From Phyllobates terribilis (lineage: Eukaryota): a stretch of 64,000 nt of DNA. Of the stretch, positions 11,273 through 23,090 are shown in pieces. The DNA lies in the NCBI RefSeq assembly GCF_046119375.1, contig NW_027362761.1, positions 1,155,742,001-1,155,806,000 on the forward strand. Reading direction: 5' to 3'. Each line of letters begins with the position of its first letter. The stretch's first letter is position 1. The position numbers and the translations under genes are program-made. The notes under the pieces are model-generated. The model saw only the letters and a list, made by a program, of their open reading frames with translations, did no database searches and was not told the origin of the DNA.

Positions 11273-11345
11273 TACATGTGCTTTTCCACAAAACACCAGT
11301 GGTTCACGTAGTGAATCTTACAGTTCTAACTTTCCAACCGTGGTC

Positions 11346-13145
11346 TGTATGGAGTTGTTCAATAAAGGGCCCAAAATTAAGATAACATAGACGGGAGAGG
11401 TCTCAATGAATAGGAATTCCTAAGAATTTGATACCCTGTGAGGGCCAGGCAAAGGGAAAGTTGGACTGGATGGAATCCTGTATGGATTTGGGGAGGGAGA
11501 CATCGAGGGCCTCAGACTTCGCTGCATTGATTTTAAAATTTGACCATGTAACAAAGTGATCTATTTCAGCCATAACAGCAGGGATGGATATATGTGATTG
11601 AGTGATATATACTAGGACATCATCAGCAAATAGAGAGCACTTGTACTCGGTGCCTCCCACCTCAATCCACCTAATATTGGGGTTATGGCGAATTGATGAG
11701 AGCAGGTGCTCCGTGACTAGGATGTATAAGAGAGGGGACAGAGGACATCCCTGCCTTGTCCCATTGGTGATTATGAAAGGTGATGAAAATGTTCTGACGC
11801 GCCCCCTGGGCATTGGGACATCCGGAGCCGGACCCTTTTTGGTGGATGCTGGTGGTTGTAGTCTCCGTGGCGGCGACCCGGTTCCGTGGCTCAGGGTGGT
11901 CACACCAGTGGCGGAACTATTTATGTGGTTTTGATGTTTAAATGTCCGACTACGCCACCCGTGGATTGCGGTCAGAGTGAACCGCCGCTGCAGGGCAGAC
12001 CGCTGGGGCTGGTGTTGTGGGTGCAGCAGAGCGTAGCCTCAGGGCAGTGTATGCGGAGGATGGGGGTGATGGTGCAGGGCAGCAGCAGTAACGACACGGA
12101 GTCAGTGATGCAGTCCAAGGCCTTTACTCACAGTTCTTATTATCCAGACCACTTCTGCAGGTAACGGCTGCCCACGTCTTACTGTGCTCACCAGGTGAGG
12201 GGCTCAGACAACTCCCAGATAACTTTGGAGCGCTTCACAGGAACCCCTTTGTGTGTCCTTTGTCTGGCCTTTCTTACCAACCCTTCTGTCCGGCTGCCTC
12301 GGGCCTCCTCTTGGTAAACTTGGCGCCAGTTTCCCTGACCCTATGTGCTGCCCTCCTAGCGGGTGTAGCGAGGGGCTGCGCCACATAAAATGTCACAGCC
12401 TCCGGTTCCTAGCTGAGGGTCGTTTCCCGCCTCCACTAGTTTCGGGGACCGGTCTCCCCCTTTGGCCTGAGCCCTCCACGCAGGTGGATTCGGGCGTGCG
12501 GTGGCGACTCGCCCGTCCACACCCCTGGGATCCCTTCGTTCCTCGTTCCTGGAGCCTTCTCCGCTCCTCTTCCTTCCTTCTCCCTCTTCCAGGCCTGGGC
12601 CTCTGTTACTAGGCCCGCCTCCGGAGCAGAGCTCATGCAGAGTCCCTGCTCCCTGTCACTTCTGCTCAGACTTCTCTGCACTGAACTAAGATGGTGCCCA
12701 CCTTTTATACTCCCTTCTCAATGCACCCAGGAACTGATTCCTCCCTGCTCCTGCACTACAGGGTTCCCCTTCCTCAGTGTTCCCTCCCCCCACTCCAGCC
12801 AGGGAAAAGGACTGTCGTGCCCATCTCAGGGGCATATTGGTCGCCCTGCCCCACGGCAATGTGGTGTAATGCATGCAGGTGTCGGGTCCTGATCCACACT
12901 CCATCCTTACCTGAGAGTGAGATATCACACCTCTGGGTGAGGTGCAATACCTCTGTAGCAACCGAGCCCTCGGGGTGCTACAGTTCCATTCATCTTCAGC
13001 CTAGGTGACGTATTGCGATACAGGGCCGTGATTTTGGCTATAAAAGGGTGCCCTAGACCCCTACCCCAAGCTTTTTAAGAGAATAATATATGGCGTGCCA
13101 GGAGACTCTATGGAATGCTTTCTCAGCATCCAACGAGAGTATCTA
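11346..13145 (-). pseudogene. L1-clade LINE reverse transcriptase fragment interrupted by a solo LTR
   Basis: LSLDAEKAFHRVSW (~13095-13140), GHPFIAKITALY...MNGT|FSSPF, GTRQGCPLSPLLY, LFADD; the frame is continuous across the LTR. Confidence 0.9.
11795..12982 (-). mobile_element. Solo LTR, same subfamily as 769-2024
   Basis: TGTAGCACCCCG...GGCGCGTCA on minus strand; TSD GTTC (11791-11794 / 12983-12986). Confidence 0.92.
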
Positions 13146-13339
13146 ATTACAAATTTTTAACTGCATTTAGCCCAGGAAATACTTTGTGCCTAGTAGCAGT
13201 GTCTGCTAGTCAGCAGATTATCTCAGCTGTTAAGCAAGCTACACCACCTGTAGTTTTGACACTTAATTTTTTCAAAGGAAATGCTTCGGGACCACGGGAT
13301 ACTCAGTGAAGAGCATCAGGAGGCACCCCAAGGCATAGG

Positions 13340-13523
13340 GGCTGGGACTGGCGGTAGGACGCCTTGCGGTGGACAGCCGAGCTCGTTCCTTATGAAAGCT
13401 TTTTAACTGCAGCAGCTTTAGTGGACGCTACTGGAGCTGGAATTACGCGGCTGCTGGCATGAGACTTGCCCTTCAATAGATCCTTGTAAATGGATTTAAA
13501 GTGTATTCATTCAAATTAGAGAG
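13340..13523 (-). pseudogene. 18S rRNA gene fragment inside hAT right arm
   Basis: Reverse complement contains degenerate GAGGGCAAGTCTGGTGCCAGCAGCCGCGGTAATTCCAGCTCC...AAAGTTGCTGCAGTTAAAAAGCT, the universal 18S segment; core 13396-13523. Confidence 0.9.
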
Positions 13524-13981
13524 ACAATTTAAATTAAAAAGCTTAGAGCTGCCTCCACCACAGGGGGGCTCTCTCGACCCACCAGCGGACAGGCACCAGT
13601 ATTGGGAGAGGGGGGCTGGCCGTCAGGGTTCACCGCGGCTCTGGCACAAACCCGGCGACACGGAGGTGGCACGGGCAGGAGCGGATTGAACGTGTCGGCT
13701 TCTCACTTTTTGGATTTTAGAAGGGCATGACATGCCTATATCTGTGTCTCCCCCTCCTTTTACTCCTCCACCTCTTTTCTTTTCGCATGACTATATGTAC
13801 TTGTCACTTTTCCATGTGTTAGTTATGTCTTCTGAGCAGTTTGTCAGCTTTTGGACACCTTTGAAGGTGTTTTCTATGTGTTTCTATGTGTTTTTGTTTG
13901 CCTGCCATTGGTTTTAACGGTGTTCGAAGGTGTTCGACGAACCGAACCGAACTCGAACACTACGGGGGTGGCTCAACACTA

Positions 13982-14432
13982 ATTTTAATATAAAATAATG
14001 AGAAGAAATACTAAGAAATTAAGTCTTAACCAAGAGAAGGAAGGCACAATCATTATAAACAGCTTGTACTGAGAATAATATATACATAAACATAGAAGAA
14101 TAATAATAACGATGATAATAATAGTAATAATAATAATGATAATAAAATAACTGAGAATATGCATAAACATAGAATAATCATAATACAAATATAATTAAGA
14201 ATATATAAAAACATAACAATAGTAATAAAATAACTGAGAATATAAATAACATATAATAATAATAATGACGATGATGATAAAATAACTGAAAATAATAATA
14301 ATAATAATAACTGAGAATACTCAGAACATGGAATCATAATATAACTGAGAATATACATAAACATATAATAATAACAATAATAATAATAATAATAGAATCA
14401 TAAAAATAATAACTGACAATACACAGAACATG

Positions 14433-14465
<33 letters not shown>

Positions 14466-15100
14466 AATAACAGAATATACATAAACATATAATAACATTA
14501 TATGTTTATGCATATTCTGTTATTGTATTATTATTCCATGTTCTGTGAATACTCAGTTATTATTTTTATTATTCTATTATTATTGTTATTATATGTATAT
14601 GTATATTCTCAGTTATATTATTATTATTCTATGTTTATATCTATTCTTAGTTATTTTATTCTTCTTATTATTATTATATGTTATGTATATTCTCAGTTAT
14701 ATTATTATTATTCTGTTTATATCTATTCTTAGTTATTTCATTATTCTTATTATTCTTATTATTATATGTTATGTATATTAACAGTTATATTATTATTATT
14801 ATATTATTAATAGAATAACTGAGAATAAACATAAACAGACTAATAATATAAATATTAATAATAATAACTGAGAATACACAGAACATATGATAAGAATAAA
14901 ATAACAGAATATACATGTAATAATATTACTACTAATAATAAATGAGAATACCCATAGACATGGAATAATAATAAAATAATTGAAAATATACATAAACAAG
15001 GAACAGCAATAATAATATAACTGAATATACACAAAACATGAAAATAAATAATAGTAACAACAATAATAAAAGAAAAAACAAAACATTGAAAAATGTGACA
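13982..15100. repeat. AT-rich degenerate minisatellite with orientation flips
   Basis: ATAACTGAGAATATACATAAACAT(AAT)n units; reverse-complement block at ~14500-14790. Confidence 0.85.
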
Positions 15101-15691
15101 AACTTCTATTATGCCTGCATTGCTTTTATGGCAATTTGGCTAAATTTGCATTGTATCCCATTCACTATACTGGAGAGTGGAGACACATACATAATAGCTA
15201 CCCCTCTTCTAAAATTAGGAGACAGTCCTGTTCTTAAAATTGTGGCAGATGCAGTAACTTTCACATCGATGACTTGAATTTCCAAAATTAGAAAAACATG
15301 GCTGCTTAATTCCAAAAATTCCCCGCACCTGTCCACGGGCTGCGTGTGGGATTCCTATTCCGTCCCATTCACTGCAGTAGAGCTGAGGTTACTCTTCCAG
15401 ACACAGCCGTACAATACATACACAATGCTTTTCTAATCCTAGACATTCCCTACTATAAACCTACAAAGTGTTTTTTCTGTGCAATATTTTCTCCAGCACA
15501 AATCACCACCACTAGATGGCAGTAGGAAACACAGTTTTTCATTATTTTTTCTCTTGTGCGTTCTGAACTTGTGTCCATTATTCCCTGTTGGTTACATAGG
15601 CACTAATCTATTTTTCAGCGCTGCACAGACATTACCAGCCGTCACATTAATTCATTTCCACGTTATAATATCTTTTATTACAGTTATATAT

Positions 15692-15956
15692 GACTGGATG
15701 TTGGCTCGCCTGACCTGAGCAAGGATCACATCGCAATCCTCAGACTGGATATCGGCTCTCCTGACCTGAGCAAGGATCCCATCGCAATTGTTGGACTGGC
15801 TGTCTGCTCTCCTGTCCTGAGCAAGGATCTCATCGCAATCCTCGGACTGGCAGTCGGCTCTCCTCACCAGAACTTGATGGCATGTATTTCTGTGCAGCTG
15901 TCACGCCAGGTGAGGAGAGCCGATGTCCAGTCCGAGAATTGCGATGGGATCCTTGT
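15692..15956. repeat. 51-bp tandem repeat (~3.5 units) plus one inverted unit
   Basis: TGACCTGAGCAAGGATC at 15711, 15762, 15813; inverted copy ~15908-15956. Confidence 0.85.
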
Positions 15957-16431
15957 GCGAGTAATACGGCCGTCTATCTGCACCCTAACGAGGGAAATCG
16001 GAAGTGAAGAGCGACCCATTGGGACTGCATCAACAAAGGGCCCACATACACCTGTCACCGTCCTCAATGTGTGACTCTGGTATCATTTATATAGTAGATC
16101 GGAAAGGAGCATTATCTATGAAATGGAATTGCTGCCATCTAGTGTCTTCTTCATCACAGCACATTTTCTGTTTAGGTTATATTTTTTTATTTTAGTATAT
16201 TTGCAATAAGTTCTGCGTTTCTTGCAGCTATAGTTTCTCTTTACTATTAAATCCTATTTGGATGTAGGTAAAGTTTTGAGCGCTGAGCTGCTGATGTCCG
16301 GCTCTCAGTCTGGGTTAGATAAAAATCACACATGCAATGTCGTCCACATCACCCGCACACCTGCATACCTATGATTCCTGTGGAATTTTCAGTATAGACA
16401 GTCATGCATGCACTTGCGCGTCATCACAGTA

Positions 16432-16876
16432 TAAGGCCTCAGTCACATGTCCGTTTTCTCGTACGAGTGCTATCTATGTTTTTCAGAAAGCCTATGTGGC
16501 TGTTCACATGTCCGGGATTTAGTGCGAACCGAGTGGTCGGTGTAAAACTGCGGAGACATGTCTGATCTTGATCCGAGTATAGGATCAAAATTGCCAATGA
16601 ATGGATCCATGAAAAATATCGGAAAGCACTTGGATACCTTTTGAGTGCGGTCCGATTTTTACAGACTTTTTTTTTACAGATTTTTATTAGATAGGAGATG
16701 GAAAAACTTTTTTTTCACATGCAAGAAAAATTTATAAAAATTTGCCAAACTATGATAAAACTCAAATGATATTTTAAGGAAATTGATGAAAATCACTGAT
16801 GAACTCTGGGACGTTTAACTCGTATGTAAAAAAAAAAACAAAAAAAAAACAAACTGGAGAATGAATGTGTCCTAAG
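16432..16876. mobile_element. MITE, probable PIF/Harbinger type
   Basis: TAAGGCCTCAGTCACA start with degenerate inverted end ...GAATGTGTCCTAA; assignment inferred from termini. Confidence 0.45.
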
Positions 16877-16900
16877 TTGAGCAGTAAAAAAAAACATATT

Positions 16901-17352
16901 TTAATGGAAATAAGTCAACAGGTTTTTACTCCCCCATCTGAGAGCAGCATGATGTAGGGGCAGAGACCCTGATCGCTTACTGGGTTGCTTGCAGTAGTTT
17001 TTATAAAAATCATTCATTGTTTCCTCTGCTGTAGATCTGGCAGAGGTCTGAATGCTGAGTTCTGTATAACTCCGCCCACACCACTGATTGGCAGCTTCCT
17101 GTGTACACTTTGCATAGGCAGAAAGCTGCCAATCAGTATCAGGGGCGGAGTTATGCACAGCTCATGAATATCGAGGACTACCTGGCAGCAGGTTTACTAG
17201 TCCTCTAGTGATAATCTTCTGTTCATAAAACAATGATTTCATCAAAATTGCAGCAAGCAACCCAGTTAGTGACACATCACTGGAATCAGGGTTTACACAT
17301 TATGCCGCTCTCAGAATAGGTGGCAAAAACCTGGCAATAGATTCTCTTTAAC
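16901..17352. mobile_element. MITE, probable Kolobok/T2 type
   Basis: TTAA-flanked degenerate TIRs (...CAACAGGTTTT / AAAACCTGGCAATAGATTCTCTTTAA) with internal palindromes. Confidence 0.5.
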
Positions 17353-18405
17353 CCCTTTCTGAAGTGGGGTGTAATAATACATATCTGCGCCCTTGGCCTA
17401 TGGGACCACATACTTATTAGTACAACCTGGCGATCGTGCCCGCACAGAGGCTGTGCTGGCACGATCGCCGCCGGGTGTCAGCTGATTGTCACAGCTGACA
17501 CCCGGTGCTATGTGCTAGGAGCAGTCCCACACCGCTCCCTGCACATTAACCCCTGAAATTCTGTGATCGAAGTCGATCACAGCATTCCAGGAGCAAGTGG
17601 AGGTAAGCGCTGCTTACTTACCTCCTCTCCGGTGTCCCGCGCTGTCTGTGCTGGGTCCCGGGGGTTGTCATGGTGAACCGATGTCGTCATGACAACATCC
17701 AGGTCACCAGACAGCAGGAAGTTACTTTGATCATGCGCAGTGCACGATCAAAGTAACTTCTGCCTGTGCAGTGCTGACAGGCTGCATAGCATAGGGATGC
17801 TGCTGCATTCTTGTGCAATACAGGCGATCAGACTGCAAAAAGTGAAAGTAACTAAGTGTAAAAGTGTAAAAGTTCAAAAAGTATCAGAAAGTGGAAAAAA
17901 AAATTGTAAAAATATTAAAAAAAATGAAAAAAAAATCCCCAAAAGATAAAAGTATACTGTACCCATGAATAAATATTATTCTGAAAAAAATAAATAAATA
18001 AAAGTACACATATTTGGTATCGTCATGTCCGGAATGACCTGACCTATAAAACTGTCCCACTAGTTAACCTCTTTAGTGAACACGGTAAAAAAAAAAAAAA
18101 AAAGAACTAAAAAATGATGCTTTATCATCATACCACCAAACAAAAAATGGAATAAAACACGATCAAAAAGACGAATGTAAATAAAAATGGTACCGCTGAA
18201 AACGTCATCTTGTCCTGCAAAAAACAAGCCGCCATACAGCTCCATCAGCTAAAAAATAAAAAAGTTATAGCTCTCAGAATAAAGTGATACAAAAAAATAA
18301 TTTTTTCTATAAAATAGTTTTTATTGTGAAAAAGCGCCAAAACATAAAAAAATGTAGTATCGCTGTAAACGTACTGACCCAAAGAATAAAGCTGCCTTAT
18401 CAATT
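17349..18405 (+). mobile_element. Fragment of non-autonomous piggyBac-like element
   Basis: Begins TTAACCCCTT; long AT-rich body; no second end found. Confidence 0.4.
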
Positions 18406-19733
18406 TTACAGGAACATGGTCTGATCATACCACATTTCCTGGGCAGGGGAGGAAGTGTGGCGCCCCTGCGGGTCCAGTCGCCACAGAGGTACTGCATCTC
18501 ACCCAGAGGTGTGGTACCCCACTCTCAGGTAAGGAGGGAGCACTACCCGAGACCCACACACCTGCATCCAACACTACACCAGTCCAGACCTGCAGGCGGG
18601 GCAAGATGCATTTGTCCACTGCTGAGCCCTGCCCCTGGCTGGAAGGGGGGGGACCAAGAGACGGGGAACAATGTAGTGGGTGTGGGTGGACAAAGCAGAT
18701 CAGTGGAGCACAGACAGGAAGGGTATAAAAGTCAGAGAGAAACATCTAGAAGGGTTCAGTCCTGCTCAGGAGAGCAGTGCAAAAGGGTCCATTCTCCTGG
18801 CTCCAGTGCTTGGAGCAGGAGTTCAGTTGAGAGAGAGGAGTCGGGCCCAGAGAGAGGCCCAGGAGAAGGAAAGAGAGGAGCAGTGAGGAGGGCTCCAGGA
18901 GAGACAGAGGGGATCCCAGGGGCACAGCGAGCGCAGAGGCCACCTGTGCGCCCGAATCAACACTGACGTGGAGGGATCAGGCCGCGGAGAGGGGACCGGC
19001 CCCTAAACTAGTTGAGAACAACCAGGCTCAGCTAGACAACCGGAGGCTGCTGCATTTTCAAGGTGTTGCAGCCAAAACCCACAATTATATAGCCGAAAAG
19101 GTTGCCGCATAGGGTCCAGGGGACTGAGAGCACGTCGCCCGACAAGGCCCGAGGCCACTGGCTTGGGACACTGATTGTGAGGCGCAGGGCAGGAGGGTGA
19201 GAGCCAGCGCAGTGAGACGACCGGGAAAGGCACATAGAACGGGGTCCCTTTTAAGTGCTCCTGAGGTACCTGAGAGATTGCTGGTTCCCTACCCCGGTGG
19301 ACATAGGACGACGAGGGCGGTCATTACCGGCTGCATCGGTGACCTGCCTTAAACTGTGAGTAAAGCCTGAAGACTGCACCCCACTGAATCCTTGACTCAT
19401 TACTGCGCCACCAGCCCTGCACTACACTGCACAGCAACATCTACCTCATCAAATCATCAACTACACTGCCCTGGAGCTAAGCTCTGCCTGTGGAGAGCTG
19501 AACCAACTCTGCTGCGTCACCACCAGCTCCAGAGGATCTGCACCGCAGCGGCAGCCCCATATAGCCGCATACCACAGGTGGCGTCACGAACATTATCTCT
19601 AAAAACTTTATTCCCCTTTTACTTTCCCTTTAATTGACCGCCCTGGGTCACGGACCGGGTCACTGTCACCGTGATATACCCCAGCACCGACCCGGCTACC
19701 GAGTACCCCACGGCCCAGGGGGTACGTCAAACT

Positions 19734-19751
19734 TGGCGTCAGGAACAGGAT
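19734..19751 (+). promoter_or_regulatory. PBS, tRNA-Ser(CGA) type (1 mismatch)
   Basis: TGGCGTCAGGAACAGGAT 4 nt after the LTR end. Confidence 0.8.
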
Positions 19752-20249
19752 GAACCGACCCGTTACACCGGGTCCTGTGTGCCACAAAGACTGTGTATAA
19801 CTGGATAAACTGCAGCCATTACTGTAGCACATGCGGAGTTAATGATATGTGTCCCATCGTGGGCGGAGCCTCAGAAACGGTGCCAAAATAGGCCTCTCCC
19901 ACTTGTATAGACTGTACCAGAGTTATCTGTCACTCAGGCTGAAAGGTGCCAGCCTTCTCCTTTGCATCAGACTGAAGGGGGAGATTGTCGCCTCCCCCTG
20001 CAGAGGGCTGTGTGATCCCATCTATCCATCTGCTGCAGCCCTGTGCTGTGTGATCCATCCACCCATCCGACAATCCCAGCTGCTGCAGCTCTGTGAATAC
20101 AACACAAGTGTGAGAAGCTGTGCAGCAAGAGTGCAGCTGTACAGTGAACAGCAGAGCAGTCTCGGTGACCGACTGTGCAAGGAGCGACGACATAAGCATC
20201 CGGAGTGGTGAGTCCTACCCCGGCAAGGGTGAACTAGGGGGGGAGAAAG

Positions 20250-20543
20250 ATGCCCAACTTAGGCGAAGCTCCAGCAGAGGGCTCCCCCGCAGCTCCCATA
20301 ATGCCACTGTCTATGCCATACATCCCAGGAGCGGCCTGGTTACCACAATACTCAGGAGAGAGGGGGTGGTACGTGCGTTATGTGCAAAAGGCGAGCTCTG
20401 AGGACATGCCCCTGACTTCTGGTGTTGCTGACCCTGGCCGTCCACAAGGAGCTTCTGCTCCGGCTGCAGATAAGTACCCCGGAGAGAGTAACCTACACCC
20501 GCCACCGTGGAGAACGTGGGTGGAACGCACTACATGTGCATAG
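20250..20543 (+). pseudogene. Deletion-junction ORF: gag-like N-terminus fused to C-terminal strand of a cold-shock domain ORF
   Basis: MPYIPGAAWLPQYSGE (PNMA-type gag-like, from recall) runs into GERGWYVRYVQKASSEDMP, 9/19 identical to GEHGWYALDVHRVFKEDAP of the 58105-59457 protein. Confidence 0.6.
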
Positions 20544-23090
20544 GGTGGTGGAGGAGGAGAGCGTACCCCTACCATCTATGACTGATGAACCGGCTGCGCC
20601 ATCTAGTGGTGGACAAATGTTCCCCTGGAGGGGACACCACTACTGAACTGTTCACTTAAAAGTTAAAAACTGTATATAGTTACCCAGAAGGGTATTGATA
20701 ATCCTTTAAAGAGTTAAAAAAAAGTTTTTGTTTGTTTAGTGTACCCGGTTAAGGTACAAAGACTTATAGGTTGTGGACATTGAACAGCCAAAAAACTTTA
20801 TTTGTATATAGTTAGCACTTCTTAAGGTGCTTCCTGTTGGTTTTCTAAAGACCACTGAACAAAAACCCGTTGGCCAAAGACGTGGTCCAACAAGTGGATC
20901 ACCTATGCCCTGCAGCCACGCCCAGGGTCTACGCTGGGAGTTTTCGAACGGGTCCCTCATGTTGCACCTTTACCAGTGAGATGGATACCCGGTTAAGGAT
21001 CTCACTGTAGCCTGTTGAAAAGTGTTTTATGTGAAAAAATAAAGAAAAATGTTATTAAAAGTGGTTTTATAATGTTTTATATAATGATAGAAACATGTAA
21101 CATTCAAGGAAAGTGCATCCCATAAAGGGAAGAAAAAGTTGTATATTGTTCTTCTATGTGATGCATCTAAAAATTTTGTATGTCTTTAAAATACCTTGTT
21201 TTTACTCTGTTCCAGCCCGCGGACGTGCTGTGTTTAACGGGGGGGGGGAGGGGGGTATGTGGTGCCCCTGCGGGTCCAGTCACCACTGAGGTACTGCATC
21301 TCACCCAGAGGTGTGGTACCCCACTCTCAGGTAAGGAGGGAGAACTACCCGGGACCCACACACCTGCATCCAACACTACACTACTCCAGACCAGCAGAAG
21401 GGTCAAGATGCATTTGTCCACTGCTGAGCCCTGCCCCTGGCTGGAAGGGGGGGAACCAAGAGAGGGGGAACCATTTAGTGGGTGTGGGTGGAGGAAGCAG
21501 TTCAGTGGAGCACAGACAGGAAGGCTATAAAAGACAGAGAGAAACATCTAGAAGGGTCCAGTCCTGCTCAGGAGAGCAGTGCAGAAGGGTCCACGCTCCT
21601 GGCTCCAGTGCTTGGAGCAGGAGTTCAGTTGAGAGAAAGGAGTTGTCCCCAGAGAGAGGCCCAGGAGAAGGAAAGAGAGCAGCAGTAAGGAGGGCTCCAG
21701 GAGAGACAGAGGGGATCCCAGGGGCACGGCGAGTGCAGAGGCCATCCGTGCGCCCGAATCAATGCTGACGTGGAGGGATCAGGCTGCAGAGAGGGGACCG
21801 GCCCCTAAATTAGTGGAGAACAACCAGGCTCAGCTAGACAACCGGAGGCTGCTGCATTTTCAAGATGTTGCAGCCAAAATCCACAATTATATCGCCGAAA
21901 AGGTGGCCGCATAGTGTCCAGGGGACTGAGAGCACGTGGCCCGACAAGGCCCGAGGCCACTGGCTTCGGACATTAATTGTGAGGCGCAGGGCAAGAGGGC
22001 GAGAGCCAGCGCAGTGAGATGACCGGAAAAGGCACATAGAACGGGGTCCCTTTTAAGTGCTCCTGAGGTACCTCAGAGATTACTGGATCCCTACTCCGGT
22101 GGACACAGGACGACGGCCATTACCGGCTGCAGCGGTGACCTGGAACTGCCTTGAACTGTGAGTAAAGATGAAGACTAGAGATGAGCGTTGTTCTACTCGA
22201 ACTGTTCGCCAATCTCAAATTCGAGCTGTTTTGGGCGGTGTTTGAGCCGGTCGGCGAACACGAACAATTTGAGAAAAATTCGGCTGTTCGAGGTTATGTT
22301 CGATAACTGTTCGTGCACCAAAATCATAACTGGATTTTTTCTCAGTAATGATGAAAATTAATGTTAATACGCAGTTTGAGTGTACAGCGGGGCGGGGGGA
22401 GGGGCAGGGGATGGATCTCTGCAGGAACAATGAAGATCTCCATTTTTTTTTCTCTTTCCCGCATTTGCAGTGGGGAGGTGCAATCTGTCAGCCTATCAGC
22501 AGCGCACACACGGAGCAAAGTGCTTTTTTTCACACAAGCAAGGGCATGTGTGATTGGCAGTGTATGTCACATGTCCTTGCCCTATAAGACCAAGCCATTT
22601 TCCCCGTCGCCACCATTTTCTCACTGCTGCAGCTGCGTGTTAGACGGCACCGCTGTTGCTGTGTGCGCTATACCTTGTTAATTTCAAGCCAATTTTCGCA
22701 CAAATATACAGATAGCTTGGGAGTAGGGAATAGTTGTGATTGCAGTCCTTTTAAGGACTAGGTTACAGCATTTCCTACGACTTTTATCAAGCAGGTCTGT
22801 GCTCTTAAATAGATAGATTGTGGGAGTAAAGACTAATTGTAATTGGAGTCCTTTTCAGGACTAGGTTACATCAGTTCCTATCAGTTTTTGCCAGGCAGGT
22901 CTGTGCCAGTGCTGTGCAAGTTTTTTTCACAGCATTTGGCTGAATCTAGCAAAGCTAATCCTTTTTAGCCTATTGCAGAGTGTGTTAGTCAGTGGAGTAG
23001 CCTATCTGTGTTGCAAGATATACCACCTGTGTATAGAATACCAATTTTTTTACTGCACCTAGTGAAGTAAAATCTTTTGGGCATAGCATC

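Larger units (their letters stand above)
3681..13981 (+). mobile_element. Composite hAT DNA transposon, copy 1 (left end displaced outside window by LTR insertions)
   Basis: Collinear with 22739-32849; right TIR GCTCAACACTA ends at 13981; subterminal TTCG/CGAAC repeats. Confidence 0.9.

Noticed and set aside
13396-13523. Functional rRNA gene
   Set aside because: Short, mutated fragment with no flanking rDNA.
13985-15101. Hydrophobic Ile/Leu/Tyr-rich ORFs
   Set aside because: Translation artefacts of (AAT)n/(TTA)n low-complexity DNA.
18425-19233. Recurrent ORFs inside LTRs (e.g. 169 aa at 18457 and 21259; 212 aa at 31079)
   Set aside because: They recur only because the LTRs are duplicated; they use non-ATG starts, have no domains, and frames are not kept across subfamilies.
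19880-20170. Possible captured host sequence inside the deleted Gypsy element
   Set aside because: Composition differs from the flanks, but no source, TSD or motif could be identified.
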